A DNA stretch of 64,000 nucleotides from Patescibacteria group bacterium (GCA_041666205.1 JBAYHI010000004.1:31161-95160), one strand, 5' to 3'. Shown: positions 46,731 to 57,502, counted from the first letter of the stretch. The notes: generated from the sequence alone by a model not told the origin. Program-made: numbers and translations.

Positions 46731-47006
46731 CTAGCCGCGCGGGATCTCGGCGATGATCGGTCCCAGTTCCTTGTGCTCGATGGAGATCTGGGAGATGTGC
46801 GGGTTGAGCCCGATCCACGGGCCCTCGAACTCCTCGCCCTGGAGGCGGCGCATCACATCCTCGGTGATGATGGCGCGACGACGTTCAATCTCCACAAGAT
46901 CGAGTTCGGTCTTGGGGTGGTGGCATTCGAGTGCCGTGCGCAAGTTGTTGCGGATCTTCTTGCGATGGGTTTCCTGTTCGTTCCAATCCATGGCGTTACT
47001 CCACAA
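46731..47006 (-). CDS. hypothetical protein (high-GC island)
   Basis: First ORF downstream of the minus-strand promoter at 47037..47065. Confidence 0.4.
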   Translation of the reverse strand: MWSNAMDWNEQETHRKKIRNNLRTALECHHPKTELDLVEIERRRAIITEDVMRRLQGEEFEGPWIGLNPHISQISIEHKELGPIIAEIPRG

Positions 47007-47036
47007 TCAGAGTTTTCGGATCGCGAGACGCTCCAA

Positions 47037-47065
47037 AATCTACGCTGATTTTTCAATTTTGTCAA
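47037..47065 (-). promoter_or_regulatory. sigma70-like promoter (TTGACA-17-TAGATT) for the 47006..45882 operon
   Basis: On the minus strand: TTGACAAAATTGAAAAATCAGCGTAGATT. Confidence 0.5.
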
Positions 47066-47117
47066 TGAATCATTGCGAAATTTCAAAAACCTCAGTACGC
47101 TTATCTTCAAGGAGGGC

Positions 47118-47321
47118 ACCATGGAAAAATCCGAGTACCCGGAAGAGCCCCACAGATCGCTCCGGCGTAGACTCTTCGTTGCCGGATTAGTACTGAGCCT
47201 TAGCGGTGTCGTGGTTGTGTGCTTCGCGTCACTTTGGATCCCGGCGGGGTTCATCCTCGCCGCGTCTGTAGCGAACAAACTGGCTGTAAAGGATAAAAAG
47301 CCGCCCGACAACTCCTCGTGA
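47118..47321 (+). CDS. small hydrophobic protein
   Basis: GGAGGG RBS before ATG, one TM helix, followed by a hairpin plus T-run terminator at about 47324..47352. Confidence 0.4.
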   Translation, partial: TMEKSEYPEEPHRSLRRRLFVAGLVLSLSGVVVVCFASLWIPAGFILAASVANKLAVKDKKPPDNSS

Positions 47322-47389
47322 GCCGCAATCGTGCGGCTCGCTACGTTTTTACAAACAAAAAAGAGGCTGAGTAGCCTCGAACAAACAAA

Positions 47390-47510
47390 AATTTCTGCTT
47401 ATTCAGCTCCAGATGCGAGGCGCGGGGAAATTTTTTCTGAGCCGTACCCATGTGTACGGTGAAGAAAAAATTGGGGCCCCGCAACAAAGCAGATGGACTG
47501 AATAAGCAGA
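47390..47510. repeat. approx 120-bp element with 18-bp terminal inverted repeats, downstream of tRNA-Val(GAC)
   Basis: AAATTTCTGCTTATTCAG...CTGAATAAGCAGAAATTT; interior contains AGCCGTACCCATGTGTACGGTGA, identical to 44212..44234. Confidence 0.5.
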
Positions 47511-47517
47511 AATTTCA

Positions 47518-47594
47518 TGGTGGACGTAAGAGGACTCGAACCTCTGACCTTCACAATGTCAATGTGACGCTCTAACCAGCTGAGCTATACGTCC
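47518..47594 (-). tRNA. tRNA-Val (anticodon GAC), CCA encoded
   Basis: GGACGTA acceptor, anticodon loop TTGACAT. Confidence 0.9.
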
Positions 47595-47623
47595 GCGACG
47601 GCAACACTCTATGCAATTTTCCC

Positions 47624-48070
47624 TTAATTGTCAAACGTTAATTTTGCTTCTTTTTCTTCCGGCTCATCGCTCATCCATGATTGATTCTCAGCTCGACAGA
47701 GCGCCAACAGCAAAAATCCAATCATAATAAGCATCGCGAGCCAGAACAGGGCTGCCAATAAAAACTCCAGGACTCCGCACCCAATCACGGCTGCGAGCGA
47801 TTCCGCAAATCCACGCGCTTCCAGTAAACAGGTTTCAATCTTTCCCCGTCCAAAAATGCTTCCGGTCCATGCCGCGCCAATCGCCATCACAAACGCGGCA
47901 AACGTGAGCAATAAAGAAAAAAGCGCCTTCTTGATTTTTCGCCCTTGCGCAATGCAAATGATGGCAAAAATCGTTCCAGCGATCATCCAAAAGAATGGAA
48001 ACCAAAATAAGGAAATGAGAGCTAAGTATCCAAACAGGTTGCTCATACCGCACCCTGCATTGTAACCCAA
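47624..48070 (-). CDS. membrane protein
   Basis: 148 aa with 4 hydrophobic helices. Confidence 0.55.
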   Translation of the reverse strand: MGYNAGCGMSNLFGYLALISLFWFPFFWMIAGTIFAIICIAQGRKIKKALFSLLLTFAAFVMAIGAAWTGSIFGRGKIETCLLEARGFAESLAAVIGCGVLEFLLAALFWLAMLIMIGFLLLALCRAENQSWMSDEPEEKEAKLTFDN

Positions 48071-48244
48071 GCAACGTAATCAATAAAGCCCGTGCCAATC
48101 ATGGCAACAACAAAAACAATCGCCATGCGTCGTTCATCTTTTGAACCGGAGCGCATACTAGAAATGCCGAATGAAACGGCCAAAAACAGGAGGAGGACGG
48201 TGAGATAAGGCATAAATGAGTTCACGGTCGATGGTCTATTCGCG

Positions 48245-48338
48245 CCCTCCTTCGCTCTGTAGAACAGAGCTTCGGAGGACACCCTTCGCCCATTCTGAGG
48301 GAGTAGCAGGGGGCCTGCCACCCGAAGCTCCGAAGGAG
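48245..48338. repeat. small hairpin repeat plus adjacent larger palindrome, abutting tRNA-Ile
   Basis: CCCTCCTTCGCTCTGTAGAACAGAGCTTCGGAGG, then CACCCTTCGC...GCGAAGGGTGG enclosing CCGAAGCTCCGAAGG. Confidence 0.6.
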
Positions 48339-48412
48339 CGAAGGGTGGTGGGTCCGGATGGACTCGAACCATCGACCACCGAGGTATAAGCTCGGCGCTC
48401 TAACCAACTGAG
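48336..48412 (-). tRNA. tRNA-Ile (anticodon UAU), CCA encoded
   Basis: GGGTCTGTAGCTCAGTTGGTTAGAGCGCCGAG-CTTATAC-CTCGG...; anticodon loop C-U-UAU-A-C. Confidence 0.85.
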
Positions 48413-48503
48413 CTACAGACCCACGATGAACAGTATAAACTACACCATGCAAATCTGGAAATCAAGTGTTTACAGGGTCTTTGAGGTGTGACATACTCAC
48501 GCC

Positions 48504-49415
48504 ATGAAACCCATGGACACAAAAATAGACGGACTCACGCGCCTAGATATTGCCGTAGCGCTCTCTTTGGGCGTGAGCCGAACGCTTGCACAAAAGGCCA
48601 TAAAGAACGGGTTTGTGCTCGTGGACGGGTATAAACGATCGCCTCATTTCCTTGTGGAAGGAGAAAATGCCATTACCTATGCCCCTGAGGCTTTTGAGAA
48701 GAAAATCGAGGAAAAGGGCGAAATTCCAACGCTCGATATTTTGTACGAAGACGACGATGTACTCGTTATCAATAAACCTGCTGGACTCTTGGTGCATGCA
48801 ACTGATACGAGCACCGAGGCAACGCTCGTGGACGCAGTCTTGGCAATTCACCCAGAAATCATCGAGGTGGGCGAGGAAAAAAAGCGCGCCGGAATTGTTC
48901 ACCGACTCGACAAAGGCGCGTCAGGTGTCATGATCATTGCAAAAACCCAAGCTGCATTTGTGCACCTCAAAGACCAATTTAAAAATCACTTGGCAAAAAA
49001 ACATTACGTAGTCTTGGCAACGGGATTTTTCACCAAACCACACGATACGATTAACCTGCCAATTGCACGATCGAAAAATTCTCCTCGCATGGCAGCACGT
49101 CCAATCTCGCAAGGCGGGAAAACCGCGGTTACGCACTACACAGTGGTGCAACAATTTCCTCATCACGCGCTCTTGGACGTAGAAATTGAATCGGGTCGTA
49201 CGCACCAAATTCGTGCGCACTTGTTTGCCATCGAGCATCCAGTTGTTGGCGACAAAGTGTATCGCAAAAAAAATCAAAAGTATTCTGAGTTCCCTCGTAT
49301 TTTCCTGCACGCAAAAACCCTCCAGATCACCCTCCCCTCTGGAAAAGAAAAAACATTTACCGCTCCGATCCCATTGGAACTCAAAACCGAATTGGAACGC
49401 ATTCCCAAAATATGA
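48504..49415 (+). CDS. rluD: RluA-family 23S rRNA pseudouridine synthase (RluD-like, with S4 domain)
   Basis: HRLDKGASGVMIIAKT catalytic motif; N-terminal S4-like region. Confidence 0.85.
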   Translation: MKPMDTKIDGLTRLDIAVALSLGVSRTLAQKAIKNGFVLVDGYKRSPHFLVEGENAITYAPEAFEKKIEEKGEIPTLDILYEDDDVLVINKPAGLLVHATDTSTEATLVDAVLAIHPEIIEVGEEKKRAGIVHRLDKGASGVMIIAKTQAAFVHLKDQFKNHLAKKHYVVLATGFFTKPHDTINLPIARSKNSPRMAARPISQGGKTAVTHYTVVQQFPHHALLDVEIESGRTHQIRAHLFAIEHPVVGDKVYRKKNQKYSEFPRIFLHAKTLQITLPSGKEKTFTAPIPLELKTELERIPKI

Positions 49416-50020
49416 GGTTTGAAGACGCACTCGCATTGCTAAAAAACACGTCACCTCTGCGCATTACCGTGAGCGGAGATATCGGGTCTGGAAAATCCAC
49501 ATTTGCCAAGCACCTCGCACTCGACTTGGGGATCCCACGCATCTCGGTTGGAGATTTGATGCGAGAAGAAGCACAAGCACGCGGGGTGACCCTCACCGAG
49601 CTTGGAGCCATGCAGGAAAAAGACGATACACTCGACCGCCTGATGGATGCGCGCCAAGAGGAAAAATCAAAAGAAATTACGCGTGGCATCTTTGAGGGCC
49701 GCACGAGCTGGCACTTTGTGGTGGATCCAAAAATTCGCGTTTTCCTGTCGGTTGATCCAATAAAAGCTGCCGAACGCGTAAAAACCGATATTTTGAACAC
49801 CAAACGAGAACATTTCGATACACTCGAAGAAGCCCTTGCCTCCAATGAACGTCGAAAACAATCGGAAATCCTACGCTATCAGACCTATTACGGGATTAAC
49901 GTCTACGACCCAACAAACTTTGACGTTTTACTCGATACCAGCACGCTCTCCATTGAAGATGTATACAAAAACGGCGTGATCGCCATAGCGCAGGAGTTGC
50001 ACGATCACCCCCGTTCTTGA
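49412..50020 (+). CDS. cytidylate-kinase-like nucleotide kinase
   Basis: P-loop TVSGDIGSGKST; overlaps the rluD stop by 4 nt. Confidence 0.7.
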   Translation: MRFEDALALLKNTSPLRITVSGDIGSGKSTFAKHLALDLGIPRISVGDLMREEAQARGVTLTELGAMQEKDDTLDRLMDARQEEKSKEITRGIFEGRTSWHFVVDPKIRVFLSVDPIKAAERVKTDILNTKREHFDTLEEALASNERRKQSEILRYQTYYGINVYDPTNFDVLLDTSTLSIEDVYKNGVIAIAQELHDHPRS

Positions 50021-50110
50021 CGAAAATAAGGTTTTTCGCTACAATCCCCACACAAAATGCGTGCATGAAGAACCTTAATCCTCTTCCTCTGGCGCACTAA
50101 TTGCATTCCT

Positions 50111-50572
50111 ATGTCCGACGAAGATGTAAAACCAACAACCGATGAAACGCCGGTTGAACCCGTAGTCTCCACCGAGCCTGCTGTGGAAGCTCCTCAAGAA
50201 GAGGCAGTGATCCCAGAAGCATTTGAAGGAGAAGCAACCGTTGTCACAATGCCTCACAAGGAGTTAAAGCCAGGCATGGTGATTCGCGTTTACGAAAAAA
50301 TCAAAGATGTCACCCCAGATGGTGAGGAACGAGAACGCGTTCAGGTTTTCGAAGGCGTAGTCTTGCACATCCGTGGCACAGGCAATTCCCGTATGATGAC
50401 GGTTCGAAAAAATTCGGCCGGCTGGATGGTAGAAAAAATCTACCCACTTGCCTCGCCCATTATTGAAAAAATCGAGGTGGTAAAAACCTACCGCGTCCGC
50501 CGAGGAAAACTTTCTTACCTCCGTGGCACAGACTTCCGCCGCAAACTCAAAGAAGTTAAAACCAAAAAGTAA
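50111..50572 (+). CDS. rplS: 50S ribosomal protein L19
   Basis: L19 core (VQVFEGVV...TVRK...RRGKLSYLRG) with an acidic N-terminal extension. Confidence 0.9.
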   Translation: MSDEDVKPTTDETPVEPVVSTEPAVEAPQEEAVIPEAFEGEATVVTMPHKELKPGMVIRVYEKIKDVTPDGEERERVQVFEGVVLHIRGTGNSRMMTVRKNSAGWMVEKIYPLASPIIEKIEVVKTYRVRRGKLSYLRGTDFRRKLKEVKTKK

Positions 50573-50584
50573 AAAAACAAAAAA

Positions 50585-50612
50585 CAGACCCCGACGGGGC
50601 CTGTTTTTTTAT
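50585..50612 (+). terminator. rho-independent terminator after rplS
   Basis: CAGACCCCGACGGGGCCTG followed by TTTTTTT. Confidence 0.7.
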
Positions 50613-50648
50613 TTCGTCGTGCCATCCTCTGGATGGGTTTGGCGCTTG

Positions 50649-50678
50649 TCCTTCCGAAGCTCGAAGAGCGAAGGAGGA
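50649..50678. repeat. small hairpin repeat, reverse orientation
   Basis: TCCTTCCGAAGCTCGAAGAGCGAAGGAGGA is the reverse complement of CCTCCTTCGCTCTTCGAGCTTCGGAAGG. Confidence 0.55.
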
Positions 50679-50688
50679 CGCCACGCCC

Positions 50689-53583
50689 TTACGATAGGTG
50701 TTTCTTGAGATACGCCCCGGTTGAAGTTTTTGTTTTGGCAACCTGTGCAGGTGTGCCTTGCGCGCACACCACTCCGCCTTTTGCTCCGCCGTCAGGCCCC
50801 AGATCGATCAACCAATCAGACGCTTGCATCACATCCAAATTATGCTCAATGATGAGAACGGTATTTCCCTTTTCAACCAGTGCATTGAGCACAATAAGAA
50901 GTCGCCCGATGTCGTCAAAATGGAGGCCGGTGGTTGGCTCATCCAAAATATAGAGCGTTTTGCCTGTGCCACGACGGGACAATTCTGTGGCGAGTTTTAC
51001 ACGTTGCGCTTCCCCACCCGAAAGCGTGGTTGCACTTTGCCCGAGTTTCAAATACCCAAGACCCACTTCGTAGAGCACATCGAGTTTTTCGTGAATCGCC
51101 GGACGATCCGAGAAAAATCGTCGCGCTTCATCGATGGTCATATTCAAAACGTCCGAGATATTCTTGCTGCGAAAATGCACTTCAAGCACATCTTTGTGAT
51201 AGCGCGTGCCATGGCAATCCGGGCAATCCGCATACACATCTGGCATAAATTGCATTTCCATGCGAATTTGCCCGTCGCCTGCGCACGTTTCACAGCGTCC
51301 ACCGCCTTTGACATTGAAACTGAATTTCCCCGCATCATATCCACGGAGTTTTGCCTCCGACGATTCCGTGAACAAATCTCGAATCGCCGTGAAAACGCCT
51401 GTATAGGTTGCGGGATTACTGCGAGGCGTTCGCCCAATTGGCGACTGATCCACCACCACAACCTTATCGATATTTTTAATGCCTTCGATTTTTTTGTGCG
51501 CGCCAGGGAACGCTTTTGCTCGGAAGAAATGTTTTGCAAGCGCTTTCCCGAGAATCTCCAAAATAAGCGTGGACTTTCCCGAACCCGATACACCGGTCAC
51601 GGTGACCATTTTGCCAAGCGGAATCTCAACATCGATATTTTTCAAATTATGTTCTTTGGCGCCAAGAATGGAAATTGTACTTCCATTCCCATTGCGCGCG
51701 GTTTTTTTCACCGTAATCTTTTTCTTGCCTAGAAGATATTGTCCGGTGAGCGATTCGGTTTTCTTCATGAGCTGCGCGGGCGAGCCCTGTGCCACCACCT
51801 GACCACCATACTCCCCAGCCCCAGGGCCGATATCGAAGACGTAATCCGCAGAGCGAATCATTTCTTCGTCGTGTTCCACAACGATCACGGTATTTCCGCG
51901 ATCGCGCAATTCTTTCATGGTCGCAATGAGGGCGTCATTGTCGCGCGGGTGAAGGCCAATCGATGGTTCGTCGAGCACGTAAATCACCCCCGAAAGGGCC
52001 GAGCCAAGTTGCGTGGAAAGTCGTACGCGCTGGGATTCTCCACCCGAAAGCGTCATGGCACTACGATCGAGCGTGAGATATCCAAGGCCAACTTTATTGA
52101 GGTGCTCCACACGTGTTTGCACTTCATGCGCAACGCGCTCCACAACCACGCGTTCTGCCGGGCTCAATTTTGGCCCGCCGTTTCCATTTGTGACTTTTAG
52201 TAATTCCTCAAAAAATGCGGGCACGTCTTCGAGCGGACGAGAAACCACATCAGAAATACTCTGCCCAGCAATCGTAAACAGCAGCACTTCTGAGCGCAAC
52301 CGTTTTCCCTCACAAGACGGGCACACCATCGAGCGCATATATGTTTCCAATTCTTTGCGCACATATTCACTTCCGGTTTCGCGATATTTTGCGTCAAGCA
52401 TACCCAAAATCCCTGGGAATTTTTGCTCCTCTCCATTCACGGAATACAGCTCATCGCCTGTGCCACCAAGCATAAGCGCACGCGTCTTTTTTGAGATTTT
52501 TTCAATGGGCGTATGTAAATCAAACCCCTGTTTTTTTCCCACCGCCTCGAGCATCCGCAAATAACTTGTTTGATTCCCTGCAATGCGACTCCAGGGTTTC
52601 ACGGCACCCTCGGCAATGGTAAGACGCGTATTTGGAATCACCAAATCCGCTTCGAGCACCAATTTAATGCCAAGCCCGGTACACTCTGGACATGCACCTC
52701 GGGGCGAATTAAAAGAAAAAAGACGCGGCTCGAGCTCAGGAATACTCATGCCGGTTGGCAGCGAATAGCCTTTTACAAGTTCTTCTTCGTCCCCGGTATC
52801 GTCGCGATACAATAGCAAGCGATTATTTCCCAAATCAAGCGCGCGTTGCAAGATGAGTTTAATTTGTTCGAGCGAGCGTTTACTGCCTGCATCAAATCGA
52901 TGCGCTAAAATTTCCACGGTATGCGTTTTTGTTTTTTGCTTGCGCATCGCAATCGCTTCTTCCAAATCCATCATGAGGCCATCAAAACGGACCTCTTGAA
53001 ATCCCGCATTTTTCGCAGCCACGAGTACATGTTGATGCTCGCCTTTTTCATTCTCAACCATAGGGATATAAAGAAGCGCCTCACCCGTTTTTGTCACGTC
53101 TAAAATGCGTTTGGCCAAATCGTCTTCGGAATTTTCTTCAATGAGCTCTCCGGTTTTTGGATGATGTGGGCGACCGATACGCGCAAAAAGCACGCGCAGA
53201 TAATCGTAAATTTCCGTGACCGTGCCCACGGTGGAGCGAGGATTATGCGAGGAGGATTTTTGATCAATCGCAATCGTTGGCGACAAACCTTCGATGGAAT
53301 CAACATCAGGCTTATCTTGAAGCTCGAGGAACTGACGCGCATAACTCGACAGCGATTCCATATAGCGTCGCTGACCTTCTGCATAGATGGTATCAAACGC
53401 CAAGGAAGATTTTCCCGAGCCAGAAAGCCCCGTAATCACCACAAGCTTTCCTTTTGGAATATCAACGTCAATGTTTTTCAAATTGTGAACACGTGCGCCT
53501 CGCACGGAAATCATCTGGTTTTTCATGGGTTCACGACTAATTTTTTGTGCACGGAGCATAGCATCGTTTTCCCGTCTTGGCAA
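50689..53583 (-). CDS. uvrA: excinuclease ABC subunit A
   Basis: Two ABC ATPase modules ([14 protein letters not shown]..., [10 protein letters not shown]...) and zinc-finger Cys clusters. Confidence 0.95.
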   Translation of the reverse strand: MPRRENDAMLRAQKISREPMKNQMISVRGARVHNLKNIDVDIPKGKLVVITGLSGSGKSSLAFDTIYAEGQRRYMESLSSYARQFLELQDKPDVDSIEGLSPTIAIDQKSSSHNPRSTVGTVTEIYDYLRVLFARIGRPHHPKTGELIEENSEDDLAKRILDVTKTGEALLYIPMVENEKGEHQHVLVAAKNAGFQEVRFDGLMMDLEEAIAMRKQKTKTHTVEILAHRFDAGSKRSLEQIKLILQRALDLGNNRLLLYRDDTGDEEELVKGYSLPTGMSIPELEPRLFSFNSPRGACPECTGLGIKLVLEADLVIPNTRLTIAEGAVKPWSRIAGNQTSYLRMLEAVGKKQGFDLHTPIEKISKKTRALMLGGTGDELYSVNGEEQKFPGILGMLDAKYRETGSEYVRKELETYMRSMVCPSCEGKRLRSEVLLFTIAGQSISDVVSRPLEDVPAFFEELLKVTNGNGGPKLSPAERVVVERVAHEVQTRVEHLNKVGLGYLTLDRSAMTLSGGESQRVRLSTQLGSALSGVIYVLDEPSIGLHPRDNDALIATMKELRDRGNTVIVVEHDEEMIRSADYVFDIGPGAGEYGGQVVAQGSPAQLMKKTESLTGQYLLGKKKITVKKTARNGNGSTISILGAKEHNLKNIDVEIPLGKMVTVTGVSGSGKSTLILEILGKALAKHFFRAKAFPGAHKKIEGIKNIDKVVVVDQSPIGRTPRSNPATYTGVFTAIRDLFTESSEAKLRGYDAGKFSFNVKGGGRCETCAGDGQIRMEMQFMPDVYADCPDCHGTRYHKDVLEVHFRSKNISDVLNMTIDEARRFFSDRPAIHEKLDVLYEVGLGYLKLGQSATTLSGGEAQRVKLATELSRRGTGKTLYILDEPTTGLHFDDIGRLLIVLNALVEKGNTVLIIEHNLDVMQASDWLIDLGPDGGAKGGVVCAQGTPAQVAKTKTSTGAYLKKHLS

Positions 53584-53635
53584 TCCTTCAATTAAAAAAG
53601 CGGAAACGCCTTCCGTTTCCGCTTCCTCAAGCTTG

Positions 53636-55258
53636 CTACCAAGTTGGATTGAAATCTACCACGCCGACTGTTCCATCCACTCTCTCACCGGTTACAGGTG
53701 TAACAAGATAATCCACCATATCCCAAGATCCCTTGTCTTGATAGTGTATATTGCCAGCAGAACTCCCTGGCACAGCCTCCGCATTGCTGACAACTTCATT
53801 GTAGAACCCCTGGTCAATGCAATCGGCGCGCGTCGTCGCGGTAAGTATGGTTGCATTAAAAATCATTGATCTGCACCCTCCGAGCTGTGCAAATCCGCAA
53901 GGATCTTCTTCACAAATATTTGTAAGTAGTGGAAATTCACGATCGTCTCCTGCGAAGTTATCAATTTCTGATGACTGCTCTCTGTTAGTTGCATATACTA
54001 AATCATATGCTCGGCAGCTCAGACTCCCCCCATCCAACGCATCTTGTTTGAGAGCCGCACAATTTATAAATGTCTCCTCCTTGGGATATTCAATATGCAC
54101 ACAACCATCCACCTGCCAACCACCTCCATCTAATCCAAATGCATTCCAGGCGGCATTATAAAATTCACAATATCGGTGACTTCCGGTTTGCTGTGCTAAT
54201 GTTGACGCCTCTGTTGCATCAATGAGTCCGGAGCACACCGAATCACTTGGCGTGATTGCGAACGTGCTGCCATCAAAAACGTCCGTACAACTCATACACT
54301 CCCATGTTCCTTGAACATTGGGATCTGTACTCGGAATTTGTGTACATTTATCGCCTGCGTTACCGCAAGAAGTATATGTGCACGACTGACCCTCTGTAAC
54401 ATTGATCGCCTTCGTTTGTCCGAGTAAGTGGACGGTGCCCGTATCTCCGCAAACAACATCAAGCGAACTCTTTCCATTATCGGGCGTCACCTCGATATTT
54501 ACGTCCGCATCCAAGGAATCACAATCCATCCCTTCATCAACAAAAATAATTTGTTGAATCATCGGAATACGCAATGCGTCAAACTTTGTAAGCCGTGGAT
54601 CAATCAGAAATGCAATAGAATAGGCCCCAAATAAAATCACAAGTCCACCGAGCGCTTTTACAATGCGCTCTTTTGCTTTCTTTACTTTTTCCGGACTCCC
54701 AGCCGCCACGGCCCATTGCAATCCACCAACCATGAGAAGCACCACGGCAATAAGAGCACCTGCCGGGAGCAAGAATCCGTAAATCGCATTAACATATGAG
54801 CCTAAGTCGCCAACTTCGGTAAGTGTCCCGATTTGCACACCAAGCTGAATCTTCTGCGGGGGATTGTAACAATAACCCTTGCCTCTCGGGCACTCCGGTT
54901 TCTGCCCTCCCCACTCCAGCGTCGCACTCTGTCCATCAAGCAGCTGGCCCCACGTAGGGGTGTCGTCTGCAATCGTTTGCTCACAATCATCTTTTCTCCA
55001 GCACAGCAAATTATTCTCTGGTATGGATGCTTCATTCTTAAAGCACCCTAAATAGACGTAGTTTGCTTTTTCATCGCATGCCTCTCGACAAGCTGGTTCT
55101 GTTTTTGCATCATCGATGGGCTCTGCCCCTCCACTCGTCTTGCAATAACATGCGCATGTTGAAGTCGGAGCTGGTTGCGCCTGTGCCATTGCCGGCAGGA
55201 GTGAACAAAGAAGAAGAATGCCGAAAAATATTTTTTTCATAAGGAAAATCACCCCCAC
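53636..55258 (-). CDS. secreted Cys-rich protein with central two-helix membrane hairpin
   Basis: Signal peptide MKKIFFGILLLCSLLPAMAQA, Cys-rich N-terminal domain, 2 adjacent TM helices separated by a KKAKER loop, Cys-rich C-terminal domain. Confidence 0.7.
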   Translation of the reverse strand: MGVIFLMKKIFFGILLLCSLLPAMAQAQPAPTSTCACYCKTSGGAEPIDDAKTEPACREACDEKANYVYLGCFKNEASIPENNLLCWRKDDCEQTIADDTPTWGQLLDGQSATLEWGGQKPECPRGKGYCYNPPQKIQLGVQIGTLTEVGDLGSYVNAIYGFLLPAGALIAVVLLMVGGLQWAVAAGSPEKVKKAKERIVKALGGLVILFGAYSIAFLIDPRLTKFDALRIPMIQQIIFVDEGMDCDSLDADVNIEVTPDNGKSSLDVVCGDTGTVHLLGQTKAINVTEGQSCTYTSCGNAGDKCTQIPSTDPNVQGTWECMSCTDVFDGSTFAITPSDSVCSGLIDATEASTLAQQTGSHRYCEFYNAAWNAFGLDGGGWQVDGCVHIEYPKEETFINCAALKQDALDGGSLSCRAYDLVYATNREQSSEIDNFAGDDREFPLLTNICEEDPCGFAQLGGCRSMIFNATILTATTRADCIDQGFYNEVVSNAEAVPGSSAGNIHYQDKGSWDMVDYLVTPVTGERVDGTVGVVDFNPTW

Positions 55259-55358
55259 ATTCTATCATTCCTTGCGCGACTCCCCAAAAACCCAAAAAAC
55301 AGTACAAAAACCCCAATGCTTTGACGATTACCTCGCAATCTGATAGAATTCCCTCGTT

Positions 55359-55574
55359 ATGATTCTCAACATTGTTCAAACCGTTCTTGCTGGACTCATG
55401 GTTGCTGCCATCCTATTGCAGGCCCGTGGATCTGGCCTTGGTGCTGCATTTGGCGGCGAAGGAAATGTGTTCCGCACCAAGCGTGGAATTGAAAAAAAAT
55501 TGCATTACGCAACGATTATCCTTGCGATCCTCTTCTTTGGCATGTCACTTGCCAACGTCCTTTTTGACTACTAA
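55359..55574 (+). CDS. secG: preprotein translocase subunit SecG
   Basis: 71 aa; LLQARGSGLGAAFGG motif between two TM helices. Confidence 0.85.
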   Translation: MILNIVQTVLAGLMVAAILLQARGSGLGAAFGGEGNVFRTKRGIEKKLHYATIILAILFFGMSLANVLFDY

Positions 55575-55600
55575 ACAGGCTGGTTTTAAGCCTCGCACTC

Positions 55601-57502
55601 ATGCCTTTTGATAAAGGCCATGGCTCTATGACAATCCTCAAACGATGGGTGAATTCCGTTCGGAATTTTTTCGTTCGTCGCAACGGAATGCGTTCCAATG
55701 ATTCTTTGGCAATGAACCAGGTGCTCCAGGCTCGCAATACGCCACCGGTTCCAACGGTCGCACAACTCCGACATTTCCCAACGCTTCTTTCCGGACAAGA
55801 ACGAAAAATCGCGGCCGCAGCCGTTGTATTGCTTGTGATTGCCGGCACCGTGCTTGGCGTCAAATTATTTGATTCCGCACGCACCGAAGTTCCAGCGGTT
55901 GGTGGCTCCTATACCGAAGGGCTCGTGGGAATTCCTCAGCTCATCAATCCCTTGTATTCCATGTCGAGTGACGTTGACAGTGATTTGTCGCGACTCATTT
56001 ACAGCGGGCTCATGCGCTACGATACTGAAAAAGGACTTGTGACGGATTTAGCCGCGTCCTACACGATTTCCGAAGATCAAAAAACCTATACATTTGTTTT
56101 GCGCGACGATGCACGTTGGCACGACGGAAAACCTGTCACGATCGACGACGTGATGTTTACGATTTCCGCGATTCAAAATCCGGATTATCGGAGCCCGCTT
56201 GCGGTCAGTTTTTCCGGTGTGACGGTTTCACAAATTGATGATCAGACGATTTCATTTGTCTTGAATGAACCCTTTGCGCCATTTTTATCACTCCTCACTA
56301 CGGGGATTCTTCCTTCTCACTTGTGGCAAAATGTCGCCCCAATCAATGCCGCAACTGCAACGCTCAATAAAAAACCAATTGGATCTGGTCCATTTCAATT
56401 TGAAAAACTGGTGAAAGATACCGATGGAAACGTAAAAAGTTATACGTTGGTCCGAAATGATCATTTCTACGCAGGCGCTCCCTATTTGCAAGAACTGACA
56501 TTCAAATTCTACGCAAGCACCACCGAAGCGGTAGATGCACTTCGTAATCGCAATATTGAAGGCCTCGCCTATTTGCCAGCAAGCGATGTCGCATCGTTTG
56601 AAGGGGAACGCGATCTTTCGATTATCCAGCCCCGCCTTCAGCAATACACGGCACTCTTTTTCAATCAATCTCGAAACACAACTCTTGCCAGTGCAGATGT
56701 GCGCACGGCTCTTGCCATGGCCACCAATAAACAAGCGCTCGTGGATGATGCGCTCCACGGCCTTGGTACTGCCATCAATTCGTTTATTCTCCCTGGCATG
56801 ATTGGGGAAAAAACCGATCTCCCAGTGATCGCCTTTGATGTAGCTGCCGCAACAGCAAAACTTGATGCGGCGGGTTGGAAACTCGAGGAAGGTGCAACGA
56901 TTCGCAAAAATGGTGAAAAAACCCTCACCCTGGAACTTGTTACACTCGATTCCGGAGAACTCGTGGATATTGCAGAACAAATCAAAGCGCAATGGATCGC
57001 TGTTGGAGCAGAAGTGAATATTAAAATTGTCACAAGCGTTGAATTGCAAAGCAATATCTTAAAAAATCGAAGTTACGATATGTTGCTTTCCGGCGAACTA
57101 TACGGAATCGACCCTGATCCGTATGCGTTTTGGCACTCATCGCAAGCCAACTTCCCCGGGCTTAATGTTTCCATGTATAGCAACCGCAAAGCTGATGGGT
57201 ATATCGAAACAGGCCGAACTACCACTGATCCAGCAAAACGTGCCGAGGCATACGAAAATCTCCAAACAACCGTGCTTGCGGATTTGCCAGCGATTTTCTT
57301 GTATCAGCCAATCTACTCGTTTGTGCTTCCAAGTCACTTGAACGGCGTGGCGCTCTCAAATATTGTGGTCCCAGCTGATCGATTCAATGCCATCAATACG
57401 TGGTACATCAAGACGAAAAAAACCTTCACACGTAAAACAGAAGAAGCCGTTATTGAAACAACCACAGAGGCAGAAACCGTTGACGAAACCGTTTCCCCGT
57501 GA
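55601..57502 (+). CDS. ABC transporter substrate-binding protein, family 5 (oligopeptide/nickel type), membrane anchored
   Basis: SBP_bac_5-like sequence (GLMRYDTEKGLVTDLAASY...DGKPVT); N-terminal TM anchor. Confidence 0.85.
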   Translation: MPFDKGHGSMTILKRWVNSVRNFFVRRNGMRSNDSLAMNQVLQARNTPPVPTVAQLRHFPTLLSGQERKIAAAAVVLLVIAGTVLGVKLFDSARTEVPAVGGSYTEGLVGIPQLINPLYSMSSDVDSDLSRLIYSGLMRYDTEKGLVTDLAASYTISEDQKTYTFVLRDDARWHDGKPVTIDDVMFTISAIQNPDYRSPLAVSFSGVTVSQIDDQTISFVLNEPFAPFLSLLTTGILPSHLWQNVAPINAATATLNKKPIGSGPFQFEKLVKDTDGNVKSYTLVRNDHFYAGAPYLQELTFKFYASTTEAVDALRNRNIEGLAYLPASDVASFEGERDLSIIQPRLQQYTALFFNQSRNTTLASADVRTALAMATNKQALVDDALHGLGTAINSFILPGMIGEKTDLPVIAFDVAAATAKLDAAGWKLEEGATIRKNGEKTLTLELVTLDSGELVDIAEQIKAQWIAVGAEVNIKIVTSVELQSNILKNRSYDMLLSGELYGIDPDPYAFWHSSQANFPGLNVSMYSNRKADGYIETGRTTTDPAKRAEAYENLQTTVLADLPAIFLYQPIYSFVLPSHLNGVALSNIVVPADRFNAINTWYIKTKKTFTRKTEEAVIETTTEAETVDETVSP

